A DNA stretch of 58,875 bases, from IMG/VR virus record IMGVR_UViG_3300044742_000342, positions 1-58,875 of that record, one strand, 5' to 3'. The translations under genes and the position numbers were made by a program. Below are positions 46,621 to 54,989 of this stretch, in pieces (positions within the stretch are counted from its first letter, which is position 1; the number at the start of each line of letters is the position of its first letter). The DNA comes from a virus. Taxonomy: Duplodnaviria > Caudoviricetes. The notes under the pieces are model-generated. The model saw only the letters and a list, made by a program, of their open reading frames with translations. It made no database searches and had not been told where the DNA came from.

Positions 46621-46649
46621 AGTATAGAGGGGGAGAGGTGGGGAGGCAA
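46621..46649 (-). promoter_or_regulatory. Promoter of the late operon
   Basis: TTGCCT-N17-TATACT on the minus strand. Confidence 0.75.
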
Positions 46650-46831
46650 GAGTTTTGCTGAAAATATTTGCGTTCCTAATTATTGGTTCTTGTGTGGGGG
46701 ACGTTTGGATTGTTTTGTCGTACTCTGAACGCATTGCGGCAGGCCACCCGGAAAAAAAGTGAGACCGCCGTAAACCCCGGCCCCGCCGGGGGTTATAGCG
46801 CAAAAAAAAAAAAAAAAAACTTTTTTAGGTC

Positions 46832-46860
46832 TTGCCACCGGGGGTCTTTTCGGCGAAAAT
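46832..46860 (+). promoter_or_regulatory. Early promoter with A-tract UP element
   Basis: TTGCCA-N17-GAAAAT with a poly-A tract upstream. Confidence 0.6.
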
Positions 46861-46864
46861 ACCC

Positions 46865-46965
46865 GGGCGGGGGCGGGGGCGGGGGCGGGGGCGGGGGCGG
46901 GGGGCGGCGGGGGCGGGGCGGGGGCGGGGGGCGGAGAGAAAAAATTTCGGGGCGGGGCGGGGCGG
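46865..46965 (+). repeat. (GGGGGC)n low-complexity tract
   Basis: Directly visible. Confidence 0.9.
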
Positions 46966-47028
46966 AAAAAGTTTTTCCCCCCAAACCCCCCATACCCAAG
47001 AGGGCCGGAAGGCCCGGGAGCTAGAGTT

Positions 47029-47214
47029 ATGGCAGACGACAAGGCTACCGTGTTGGCAAACGCAGCGACCGCCCAGGCGGAGGCGCAAGCCAAGGTCAAC
47101 GAGACCGTGAAAGAGGTCACGTCCGTCCAGAAGAGGCTGGAGAAACGGCAAGGCGCCCTCGCCTTAGCCCAGGCCGCGTACAAGGCCGCCTACGCCGAGG
47201 CGACCAAAAAGTAG
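47029..47214 (+). CDS. Early hypothetical protein (Ala/Lys-rich helix)
   Basis: GGAGCTAG RBS. Confidence 0.75.
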   Translation: MADDKATVLANAATAQAEAQAKVNETVKEVTSVQKRLEKRQGALALAQAAYKAAYAEATKK

Positions 47215-47219
47215 GACCA

Positions 47220-47272
47220 GGCCGGTCCCCGAACCCCCCCTCCCGCAAGGGCGGGGGGGCTGGGGTCTGGCC
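47220..47272 (+). other. Structured intergenic hairpin 1
   Basis: CCCC-GAA-CCCCCCC...GGGGGGG-CT-GGGG with GCAA loop. Confidence 0.7.
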
Positions 47273-47298
47273 CTCAGAGCCAGCCAAGGAGCCTAGCT

Positions 47299-47439
47299 AT
47301 GTTGAAGATCACAGTTATCGCCGACGTTCAAACGGCGACTCAGATCGACGATCTGAACCTCGCCATCCAGGAAGCTGTCCGCAAGTACGAGGGGTACAAC
47401 CCCAGTGTCCAGATCAGTGTTGAGTCCGAGGAAGATTGA
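47299..47439 (+). CDS. Early hypothetical protein (46 aa)
   Basis: AAGGAG RBS; MLKITVIADVQ...; below the ORF-track cutoff. Confidence 0.7.
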   Translation: MLKITVIADVQTATQIDDLNLAIQEAVRKYEGYNPSVQISVESEED

Positions 47440-47443
47440 CCCT

Positions 47444-47478
47444 CCGCCAACCTCCCTGTCCTCGCGGGGAGGCTGCGG
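47444..47478 (+). other. Structured intergenic hairpin 2
   Basis: CCGC-CAA-CCTCCCTG...CGGGGAGG-CT-GCGG. Confidence 0.7.
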
Positions 47479-47510
47479 TCGGCCAATTTCTGGTCGCCAA
47501 AGGAGTTAGC

Positions 47511-47693
47511 ATGAGAGAGATCACCATCTACATCAGCCTCACAGTGAACGACGATGAGGTGACGGAGATCCGCAAGTCACTCGAACCGCTCAAACTGGAC
47601 GAGTACTTCCGGAGTCAGGGTGCTCGGTCAGTGGATGTGTGCAACACCTGCATCCAAACTAATGCCGAAGTACTTCCGCCACCCCATGCCTGA
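47511..47693 (+). CDS. Early hypothetical protein
   Basis: AAGGAG RBS; ATG at 47511. Confidence 0.7.
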   Translation: MREITIYISLTVNDDEVTEIRKSLEPLKLDEYFRSQGARSVDVCNTCIQTNAEVLPPPHA

Positions 47694-47696
47694 CCC

Positions 47697-47733
47697 ACCG
47701 CCAACCGCCCTTCCTCGGAGGGGCGGCTGCGGT
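47697..47733 (+). other. Structured intergenic hairpin 3
   Basis: ACCGC-CAA-CCGCCCTTC...GAGGGGCGG-CT-GCGGT. Confidence 0.7.
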
Positions 47734-47765
47734 TGGCCATGTCGGCCACCAAAGGAGCTAGAGCT

Positions 47766-48038
47766 ATGGAACGTCAAGATATCCAAGTTGGCGAGGAATA
47801 CCTCGTCCGCGAACCCGAGGTAGGCCTCCGGCGCATCCGTGTCGTGGCGGACCGGGGATTCGGCGGGGAGGTCAAAGTGCACCACAACGGATGGACGGCT
47901 GACGTCACCGGCCCGACCCCGGGACGGACGATGCACATCCGCGCCGCCTGCCACTTTATTCGTTCGATCCCGAACGAATCTGCTCTGCCGACGGACTCTC
48001 TGGAGGAGATGTGCACCACCGACCTGGAGGGCACATGA
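47766..48038 (+). CDS. Early hypothetical protein (SH3-like)
   Basis: AAGGAG RBS; DIQVGEEYLV start. Confidence 0.7.
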   Translation: MERQDIQVGEEYLVREPEVGLRRIRVVADRGFGGEVKVHHNGWTADVTGPTPGRTMHIRAACHFIRSIPNESALPTDSLEEMCTTDLEGT

Positions 48039-48268
48039 TCTGGTACTGGACAACCACAACGCCGATTTGCCTAGTCTGTAGATCGGACAGGATTAGGGGT
48101 CTCGGATTCCTGATCCACCTGGACGACGGGTGCGCATCCCTCTACTACGACGACGGGAAAGGAAACGGAGACGGTATCAGCACCGGACCGTCCGTCACCG
48201 AAGCCATGAAAAAGGCCGAAGAAGTTGAAGCCGAGCTATACGCCAAACCATACATTGAGCGATACTAG
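48035..48268 (+). CDS. Early hypothetical protein
   Basis: ATGA overlap; GGAGG RBS. Confidence 0.65.
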   Translation: MIWYWTTTTPICLVCRSDRIRGLGFLIHLDDGCASLYYDDGKGNGDGISTGPSVTEAMKKAEEVEAELYAKPYIERY

Positions 48269-48277
48269 CTCCTTCCG

Positions 48278-48312
48278 GGACCCTGCCGCTTAACGGCGGC
48301 AGGCGTCCTTTA
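48278..48312 (+). terminator. Intrinsic terminator-like hairpin
   Basis: CCTGCCGCT-TAAC-GGCGGCAGG followed by a short T run. Confidence 0.6.
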
Positions 48313-48369
48313 TGTCCAAGCCGGATCTTTCAAAGTTTTTGAAAACGGGTTTGGCCCGCGTTTTGCCTC

Positions 48370-48398
48370 TTGCTTTTTGCGGGGCGGCGCGGGAAAAT
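48370..48398 (+). promoter_or_regulatory. Early promoter
   Basis: TTGCTT-N17-GAAAAT. Confidence 0.65.
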
Positions 48399-48445
48399 AT
48401 CGGAACCGCAAGCGGGGCGGAACCCCCGCAAAAAGGAGCTAGGTT

Positions 48446-48925
48446 ATGACTCAGGTAGTTTTCAGGACCAAGGAGGAGGCCCATGCGTTCATGACGCCAC
48501 TCTTCAATGAGTGGAACGATCTGGACTGCTCGGACCCTAAGCCTTCGGACAACGAACACTATCCCTGGATGCTCGTGATTCCCGCGTCCAAGCACCAAGC
48601 CCAAATTATCCACGCGATGACGCAGGCCTTCCGCTGGGGTATAGAGCTCGGGACGGGGCGATTTAGTTGGTCTGAGATCCAGCAACGATGCACTTGCAAA
48701 GGAGGGGACGGCAACCCTGTCTTCCCGCTCGGCAGTCGGGTTCGCCGATCTGCCTACGATCGGGAAGGCCACCGTCCTCCGCCTCCCGAAATCGGGGCGG
48801 AAGGAAAGGTCGTCGGCTACAACGGCAACGCCGTCATCATCCAGTTCGACGGAGTAGCCTACCCCAGAGAACCCGGCCAGGCCTTGGGGGACTACTTGTT
48901 TGGAGAGGACATCCAGCTGATCTAA
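48446..48925 (+). CDS. Hypothetical protein
   Basis: AAGGAG RBS; C-terminal SH3-like segment. Confidence 0.7.
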   Translation: MTQVVFRTKEEAHAFMTPLFNEWNDLDCSDPKPSDNEHYPWMLVIPASKHQAQIIHAMTQAFRWGIELGTGRFSWSEIQQRCTCKGGDGNPVFPLGSRVRRSAYDREGHRPPPPEIGAEGKVVGYNGNAVIIQFDGVAYPREPGQALGDYLFGEDIQLI

Positions 48926-49079
48926 CCCACAAGGCCCTCAGATGAGTTATAAGCGTTTCCGCCGCCCTAGCCCCCGATCGCCGGGGGCGGCGGCTAGAAA
49001 CCTCTATAACCATTTCTATCCCTGCTACCGGGCCATCTGCGCAAGGGGGGGCGGCGCAGGGGCGAAAGGAGGCTCTCGC

Positions 49080-49799
49080 ATGAGCCAATTCGACATGAAC
49101 AACGTTTTCCAGGCCGTGGCGGATAAGTTCAAGACGTACAAGCAGTTGCTACATGGGACTGCCCAAGGCCGCATCCGCCATTTGTTTGTACATGGCTCAC
49201 CAGGCCTTGGGAAGAGTTTTGAAGCAGAGCAGATCCTGGGGGCGTACTCTCTGGGGAAGAAGATCAGATATCACCGCTCTGCCGGGTACACAACGCCCCT
49301 CAGCCTTTATAATTCGCTATACGAATGGAGAAGGCGAGGAGACGTGCTGCTGTACGACGACTGTGACACGGCATTCCAGTACCCGCAATGCATGAATATC
49401 CTGAAGGCAGCAACGGACACGAAAGAGCGTCGTGTCCTGTCCTGGGGTACGACCTCCAAAGCGGTTCGATGCCGGGAATTCCTGTACGAGGGACAATTGG
49501 TGGTTATCACAAATGTGGATTTCGAGAAGGATCGGTTCTCTGCTCTTACGGATCGAGTTACGAGTTATAACCTGACCCTCAGCCCTGAGGAGGTAGTAGC
49601 TCGAGTCATCGATGTAATCCACAGAGAACCTAAGTACCCTGCGTACCACGACGAGGTTATTGATTGGCTGATTGACAATCATATGGTGCTTGGAACTAAG
49701 TTAACCATCCGGACGGCTGTCAAAGCCCTGGAGCTTGCGGCATATAACCTGGATACATGGAAGGAACTAGCGGCGGCAACGATTCTAGGCGGTCTCTAA
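49080..49799 (+). CDS. AAA+ P-loop ATPase
   Basis: Walker A GSPGLGKS, Walker B LLYDDCD, ITN, DR; AAGGAGG RBS. Confidence 0.85.
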   Translation: MSQFDMNNVFQAVADKFKTYKQLLHGTAQGRIRHLFVHGSPGLGKSFEAEQILGAYSLGKKIRYHRSAGYTTPLSLYNSLYEWRRRGDVLLYDDCDTAFQYPQCMNILKAATDTKERRVLSWGTTSKAVRCREFLYEGQLVVITNVDFEKDRFSALTDRVTSYNLTLSPEEVVARVIDVIHREPKYPAYHDEVIDWLIDNHMVLGTKLTIRTAVKALELAAYNLDTWKELAAATILGGL

Positions 49800-50520
49800 T
49801 AATTGCACGCGGAAAAAACGTGCAGGCGCATCCACAGCCCTATCCCACCCCTCAGCCGTCAATCCAACTATCAGTCGTTTTTCAAACGTTCTAAGTTGTA
49901 AGGTTCAAGGGGGGCCTTACACCCTAAGGGTATATACCCCCCCCCCTTACTGGGGGTAATAACGAAAAGAAAGAACAACTTATCTTTACATTAGCCAGTG
50001 AAGGCCTTTTCAGCTTTCAGGCCGCACTCTGTCACAGGTGCTGCCCCCCCCCTAAAAATACAACACAACTCTCACATATAACCCTCAAATCGCGGAAAAC
50101 CAAAATCAAAAACAACGCATCACCTGAGGAGGGGTAAGGGGGTAATTTCAACAGAATAGTACAACCCTCGTGCAACCATACGCCACATATCCCAACCACA
50201 CATCCAATCAAACCACTTCAATTCACCTGAGTTGTCACATTACGATTTTAGCCACTGGCTTTATAAGCATTTCTCACCAAGTTGTAAGGTTCCAACAGCC
50301 CTAGCCCCCCGCACCGCTAAATAAAGCGCCAATATAACGCCAATACAAGGCCTGCAAAATTCTACAGGGGGTAATTATGCCGGAATATAACAACTCGACC
50401 CCCTTAAACGCGCCTCCTAGGTTGTTCTATTCTGCCGTTATTACCCCCTCCCCCCTCCCCCCCTGATGCGTAATATTTCGCCCCCCGCGCCGCACCAAAA
50501 ATATTACAAAAACGTGCAAA
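49800..50520. other. Putative replication origin with four 28-bp iterons
   Basis: Non-coding; GGGGGTAAT-N14-ACAAC at 49952, 50138, 50367 (+) and 50421-50448 (-). Confidence 0.6.
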
Positions 50521-50526
50521 AAACTT

Positions 50527-50555
50527 TTGCAATTCAACAATTCACACATTATACT
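50527..50555 (+). promoter_or_regulatory. Promoter of a probable leaderless transcript
   Basis: TTGCAA-N17-TATACT, 6 nt before ATG 50562; no SD. Confidence 0.75.
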
Positions 50556-50561
50556 CTCACA

Positions 50562-51887
50562 ATGGCAATACGCATCAGACTACCGCATCCGAATCCAGGC
50601 CTCCGACCAGCAAAGCCAGTAGCCAAGCCCCAACCCCATCCTCGCCCGTTCCATCAGCCGCCTCGTCCAATTCTAGTACAACGGACCCCATCTCGAGAGA
50701 ATCCTTTCCCAGCTCCCGCTCTTGCTCCTGCTCTTGCTTCTGCTCCCTATTCAGGTACTGGTCCTAACCCCATATACGCCATAGGTACTACAGAAGAAAT
50801 CCGCGAAGCTCTTAGGTCCGCCAGCTCTAACTCCAACTCCAATATTGGTGGCTGGTACATGTGTCAAGCTAAATCTCCGTATCACAAGAACCGATTCCTA
50901 GACTTTGTGTACAGAGTGGAAGTCCTCGACGACGGGCGACGCAAGTACCATCCAGATGACGACGTTACTCCGCCCCTGCCTGACTTTAACCCTCGCATCC
51001 ACACCAGTGAACCAGTCCCTGATCTCCGCGCCTACCCTGCCGACCACGATATCTTCAAAAGCCATCGTACCCGCCACAATGACGGCGACAGCAGCTACTC
51101 CCAGGAAAGGCCGCCCCCTCGCTCCAGGCCCCAACCCAACCGTGCCGACACCGACACCGACGATGCGCCGCCCATTCCCAGTAAAGACCTACCTAGAAAG
51201 GTGAGTAAATGCCGTACAAATCTTTCTGATGGCACTCGCGTTTCCTTTACCGGCTTTCTGATTCGTCTCTTTCGACTTAACGAGGAGCTACCTCATAAGG
51301 AGAAGCTAACCGACCAGGACATCCAAGCCCAGATCGCGATCAGTTTCCCGACCCGTGCTCCAGGCGAAAAGGACTACAATCCTAGCTCCTTCAATATTCG
51401 CCAGTTCCGTATGCGATACAATGCCGGACATTTACCTGCCCAGCTTACTGCCAGAGCAAAGAACCCAGCCCGTTCTGCTCTCAACGAAAAGGATCCCTCC
51501 CTTAAAATGCCTCGTCCAGCTCTACACAGCTATCGCTACGTACACACCGTTCATCCTGAAAGCCAGGACCCCATTGTAATCCGCATCGGCTCGTATATGA
51601 AGATCATGGGTTATTTCTATTACACTGACTTCCCTCAGGCATTGCCTCGCGAATTCCATGACAAGGACAACAACTATCGCGGATCATTCCGCAGGTTTCT
51701 TCAGAAGCAGGATGAAGAGCAGCTCAACACACAACTCAAACTCAACCTGGAGGATGCCCGTGCACGTGAACTAAACCTCAACAGCAGATCTTCCCCGTCC
51801 CTCCCAATAACATCCGAGGCAGACCTTCTCCCCGACGAGACAGGCCTTCCTCCCATCTCCGAGAATAGGACATATCACAATGACTGA
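50562..51887 (+). CDS. Pro-rich protein with a domain shared with ORF 57009
   Basis: Start at MAIRIRLP; F-x-x-NE-x-x-P-x-x-EK-x-TD...FP-x-RA...YNAG. Confidence 0.75.
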   Translation: MAIRIRLPHPNPGLRPAKPVAKPQPHPRPFHQPPRPILVQRTPSRENPFPAPALAPALASAPYSGTGPNPIYAIGTTEEIREALRSASSNSNSNIGGWYMCQAKSPYHKNRFLDFVYRVEVLDDGRRKYHPDDDVTPPLPDFNPRIHTSEPVPDLRAYPADHDIFKSHRTRHNDGDSSYSQERPPPRSRPQPNRADTDTDDAPPIPSKDLPRKVSKCRTNLSDGTRVSFTGFLIRLFRLNEELPHKEKLTDQDIQAQIAISFPTRAPGEKDYNPSSFNIRQFRMRYNAGHLPAQLTARAKNPARSALNEKDPSLKMPRPALHSYRYVHTVHPESQDPIVIRIGSYMKIMGYFYYTDFPQALPREFHDKDNNYRGSFRRFLQKQDEEQLNTQLKLNLEDARARELNLNSRSSPSLPITSEADLLPDETGLPPISENRTYHND

Positions 51888-52055
51888 CCCCCATATACTC
51901 TTCGTTGTACTTATCGGTACAGTTATTGGTCTAGGAGTTATCTCTGTCCTCGTGAAGATAATGATCGGCCTAGCCCCAACCTAACGTGTCATAGCTGCAA
52001 CTGCAACAATCCTAACAAAGCAAATTACTGCCGCCGCTGTGGAGCCAAAGTATGA
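51880..52055 (+). CDS. TM peptide plus out-of-frame Zn ribbon (frameshifted)
   Basis: 34-aa TM ORF ending 51984; -1 frame encodes CHSC...NYCRRCG and ends in an ATGA overlap. Confidence 0.4.
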
Positions 52056-52375
52056 AACATCGCTCAATCACCGTAACCGGCGATTACCAAGGACGACCAA
52101 TCACCCGCAATGCTGAACTGATCATCTGCGATAAATGCGGATGTGAGACATTTGTCATATTCGTTCTCCGAGGGTCACATCAGCATATACAGTGCTCCGC
52201 CTGCCATAACACGTACTGCAACGGCCAATGTGCGTTATTAAGCCCGGAAGAAGCCTTTGCCCCTTCCACCCCACTCGGCCATCTCCAGCCCCCAGCGGCC
52301 CAGCCCCCAGATCGCGCCGCCGAAACCTCTATAACTCATTCTACAGCCCCCCCGCCAGTTCGAAAGGAGAACTGA
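52052..52375 (+). CDS. Zn-binding hypothetical protein
   Basis: CDKC, CSAC, CNGQC. Confidence 0.65.
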   Translation: MKHRSITVTGDYQGRPITRNAELIICDKCGCETFVIFVLRGSHQHIQCSACHNTYCNGQCALLSPEEAFAPSTPLGHLQPPAAQPPDRAAETSITHSTAPPPVRKEN

Positions 52376-52438
52376 TGCAATTTCGCCTCAGCTATGCTCC
52401 CCAGAGAATGGGTTCGTCCCTAACCAAAGGTCCACCAT

Positions 52439-52687
52439 ATGCTAGTACTACAACTCAACCATATCGACGATGTCATCTATATCAACATTCCTCCCTCTAC
52501 AGAGCCTCAGCAGGTGTCCATCACCCTTGTTCGCGGCGGTCTTGTGCGCCTTGGCTTTGATGCTCCAAAGCAGATCGCCATCTGCCGCGTCAATGCCATT
52601 GTGAAGGAGCCTCCTCCCCATCGCCTCAATCCCCCCGACAGCTACGTGCCTCGTAGCAGCCACCATAATAGGAAACAACAGCCATGA
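52439..52687 (+). CDS. csrA: CsrA/RsmA-like RNA-binding protein
   Basis: MLVL...I-x-I...VRLGFDAPK-x-I-x-I-x-R. Confidence 0.75.
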   Translation: MLVLQLNHIDDVIYINIPPSTEPQQVSITLVRGGLVRLGFDAPKQIAICRVNAIVKEPPPHRLNPPDSYVPRSSHHNRKQQP

Positions 52688-52974
52688 CATTCTACCTCAG
52701 CTATTCCACCAAATCCGGCGGCTGGCAGGGCCTCGTGGCTCTCACGCAAGCTCCCACAGAACAAATCGCCCGCGCCCGCTTCCAAGCAGCCTTCGGCGGC
52801 TTGTGGTTCTTTCGCTTCTCCCTCTCCTCCGACGACGGCTATCTCCAGAGTGCTCTGCATTTTCCTCTACCCGCCCCTGACGATGTGGGCGTAATGGACC
52901 GCCTTCCCCCCGAGCTGATCGAAGCCCTGGCCCGACCCGACCACTCTTCTTCCCCAGAGGAGGGCGTTACCTGA
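52684..52974 (+). CDS. Hypothetical protein
   Basis: ATGA overlap. Confidence 0.6.
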   Translation: MTFYLSYSTKSGGWQGLVALTQAPTEQIARARFQAAFGGLWFFRFSLSSDDGYLQSALHFPLPAPDDVGVMDRLPPELIEALARPDHSSSPEEGVT

Positions 52975-53019
52975 TGCTCAAACGGCGCGAAAAAAAACAC
53001 GAATTCGCGTTTTTGGGTC

Positions 53020-53048
53020 TTGCTTTTTCGCGCGCGGCGCGAGACAAT
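53020..53048 (+). promoter_or_regulatory. Early promoter
   Basis: TTGCTT-N17-GACAAT; spacer resembles the 48370 promoter. Confidence 0.65.
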
Positions 53049-53108
53049 GTGGGCTGTTTCGGGCGGCGCGCGGCGCGGCCCAAAAAACGGTTCTAACTGG
53101 AGCTAAAG

Positions 53109-53315
53109 ATGACGAGGCCTAGAGCCAAGAGGACGACAGAGAAAACGATCTGTAACGTCTGTGGCAAGACAGTTTATGTTTACCAGATAGATGACATCAA
53201 GTACAGATCAATTCACAACACCCCGCTGTCTCGCGGCGCAGAGGAACAGATCCTCGCCCGCATCGCGAACAGACGCAGGTACCCAATTTGCCCCGGCAGC
53301 AAGGAGAAGATCTGA
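53109..53315 (+). CDS. Small Zn-binding protein
   Basis: CNVC...H...CPGS; GGAG RBS. Confidence 0.7.
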   Translation: MTRPRAKRTTEKTICNVCGKTVYVYQIDDIKYRSIHNTPLSRGAEEQILARIANRRRYPICPGSKEKI

Positions 53316-53785
53316 TGAAATACAGCAACCACGTAATGCAGGCGATTCGCCAACACATGTCCCTAGACAAGGATGATACCTCTGAGGACCGAATAATCGA
53401 GCAAGCCTCCCTCAAATCTGCGCTCGATCACTACTTGTCCTGGGAAGGCATCCACGGCTACACCGATACGGTCCTCGAGATCGTTCGCTCTAATCAGATC
53501 CAGTATCGCCCCTTCAACGACAATGACTACCACGCCTTTGCCGATGCCGCGCCGTTCACCCCGAGCCATCCACCAATGATAGGCTCATTCGAACTGGACG
53601 GGCAGCGCGGCGATATCGTAATAGATCGACTGGGGGTCGGCCTCTTCTGGGGAGAAGATGCTCCCGACGACATCAACAATGCCTCTGGCGGCGGTTGGTA
53701 CTGTGAGCATGGCGGCGTGGCGGTTTTGCTCAAGCCCCAGATGACGTTAGCCGAAATCAAAGCCCTGGGCTTCGAGCCCTGCTAA
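53315..53785 (+). CDS. Hypothetical protein
   Basis: TGATG coupling; AAGGAG RBS. Confidence 0.7.
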   Translation: MKYSNHVMQAIRQHMSLDKDDTSEDRIIEQASLKSALDHYLSWEGIHGYTDTVLEIVRSNQIQYRPFNDNDYHAFADAAPFTPSHPPMIGSFELDGQRGDIVIDRLGVGLFWGEDAPDDINNASGGGWYCEHGGVAVLLKPQMTLAEIKALGFEPC

Positions 53786-53865
53786 CCCCCGGCTCGGCTT
53801 CCTAACCGGAGCCTAGCCGATTAAAACCGTACCCGCCGGATTGCGGGAGCTAGGAGTCAAGGACA

Positions 53866-54099
53866 ATGATGATCAGATTCACGGAAACGAACAAAAACCT
53901 ACGATCTGATGAGCCTGTCCAAACCACGGTACTCATCCGTTCTACGGACATAACTCAGGTCACTCGTGGTAATGGTACTTTAGACGGAAAACCCACCGTA
54001 CAGGTGACCGTCAAGTACTCTACACATACTTGGACGTATGAATTCCTCGGGTCTCTTGAGGAGTTGGAACAACGACTAGAAGTTGTTGTATTCCCATGA
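53866..54099 (+). CDS. Hypothetical protein
   Basis: AAGGA RBS. Confidence 0.65.
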   Translation: MMIRFTETNKNLRSDEPVQTTVLIRSTDITQVTRGNGTLDGKPTVQVTVKYSTHTWTYEFLGSLEELEQRLEVVVFP

Positions 54100-54277
54100 G
54101 AAAGGAAGCCATGAAGTTACAGATGAAAAGCGGATCAGAAGGCCCCCGCCACGACCCCTATGGCTATACCGAATACATCGTTACGTACGATGTCCAAGGC
54201 TACCCCGGCGAGTAACTTAATATTTGCTCGCGCTGTGAGCAAATCGTGAGCTCCGACTTCAACGAAAGCGGGATCAT

Positions 54278-54772
54278 ATGACCACAAAGCTGAAGATATA
54301 TAGCGGCGGTCAGCTTGGCGCAGATCAGGCGGGTCTAGAAGCAGCCAAGTTCTGCAATATCCCCACCGGAGGCTACGCACCCAAAGGCTATCTGACACTC
54401 GTCGGCCCACAGGTAGAACTACTCCAGGGCTATGGCCTAGTAGAATGCCAAGTCCCTGGCTATAAGGCTCGTACATGGGAAAATGTCAAGTCCTCGGACG
54501 GTACAGTCCGGTTTGCCTACAACTTCCAATCCCCCGGCGAGAAATGCACTCTCAATGCCATTTCCTACTACCACAAGCCCTACCTCGATATCGACTACCC
54601 ATTCCTCACGCACAAGTACGAGGACCGGATCGAGCAGTTCATTCGCCAACGCCTGGCTCTCGGTCATGCCATAATAAACATCGCCGGTAACCGTCCCGGC
54701 AAAGGAGTCCTCAGAATGTTTCATTACGACGTCCGCGATATGCTTGTCAATGTCTTCAGGAGGTTTATATGA
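54278..54772 (+). CDS. Circularly permuted YpsA/SLOG (MoCo-carrier-like) protein
   Basis: SGGQ-x-GADQAGL, IPTGG-x-APKG, RT-x-x-NV-x-x-SDGT, NIAGNR. Confidence 0.85.
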   Translation: MTTKLKIYSGGQLGADQAGLEAAKFCNIPTGGYAPKGYLTLVGPQVELLQGYGLVECQVPGYKARTWENVKSSDGTVRFAYNFQSPGEKCTLNAISYYHKPYLDIDYPFLTHKYEDRIEQFIRQRLALGHAIINIAGNRPGKGVLRMFHYDVRDMLVNVFRRFI

Positions 54773-54987
54773 ACCCACGAATCCGCGATGCCTGCTACAG
54801 CACATCCGCCCATAGCGGCGCATCCATCGAGTACGCCGAGGGTGTGCTCCTCGGTCTCGTGGCCGCTCTGATGGACTGCCATCCCTCAACAGCAGGCAGC
54901 TTCGACAAGTCCTGGGCGATCGTAAAAGCGCACCTGCCAGCCGACTACCGTAAGAAATGCGTCCCCGAACCCTGGAGGAACGACTAA
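54769..54987 (+). CDS. Hypothetical protein
   Basis: ATGA overlap; AGGAGG RBS. Confidence 0.7.
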   Translation: MNPRIRDACYSTSAHSGASIEYAEGVLLGLVAALMDCHPSTAGSFDKSWAIVKAHLPADYRKKCVPEPWRND

Positions 54988-54989
54988 TC

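Noticed and set aside
46680-47183. Poly-Pro/Gly/Arg ORFs
   Set aside because: Translations of the G/C and A homopolymer tracts
47215-47765. CRISPR array
   Set aside because: Repeats are conserved in structure, not sequence, and are separated by RBS-led ORFs; no cas operon (the Cas4-like nuclease is a common phage recombination gene)
48942-49079. N-terminal extensions of track ORFs (48942, also 50466, 43, 3467)
   Set aside because: They run through regulatory DNA or upstream genes; downstream starts have an RBS, promoter or stop-start overlap
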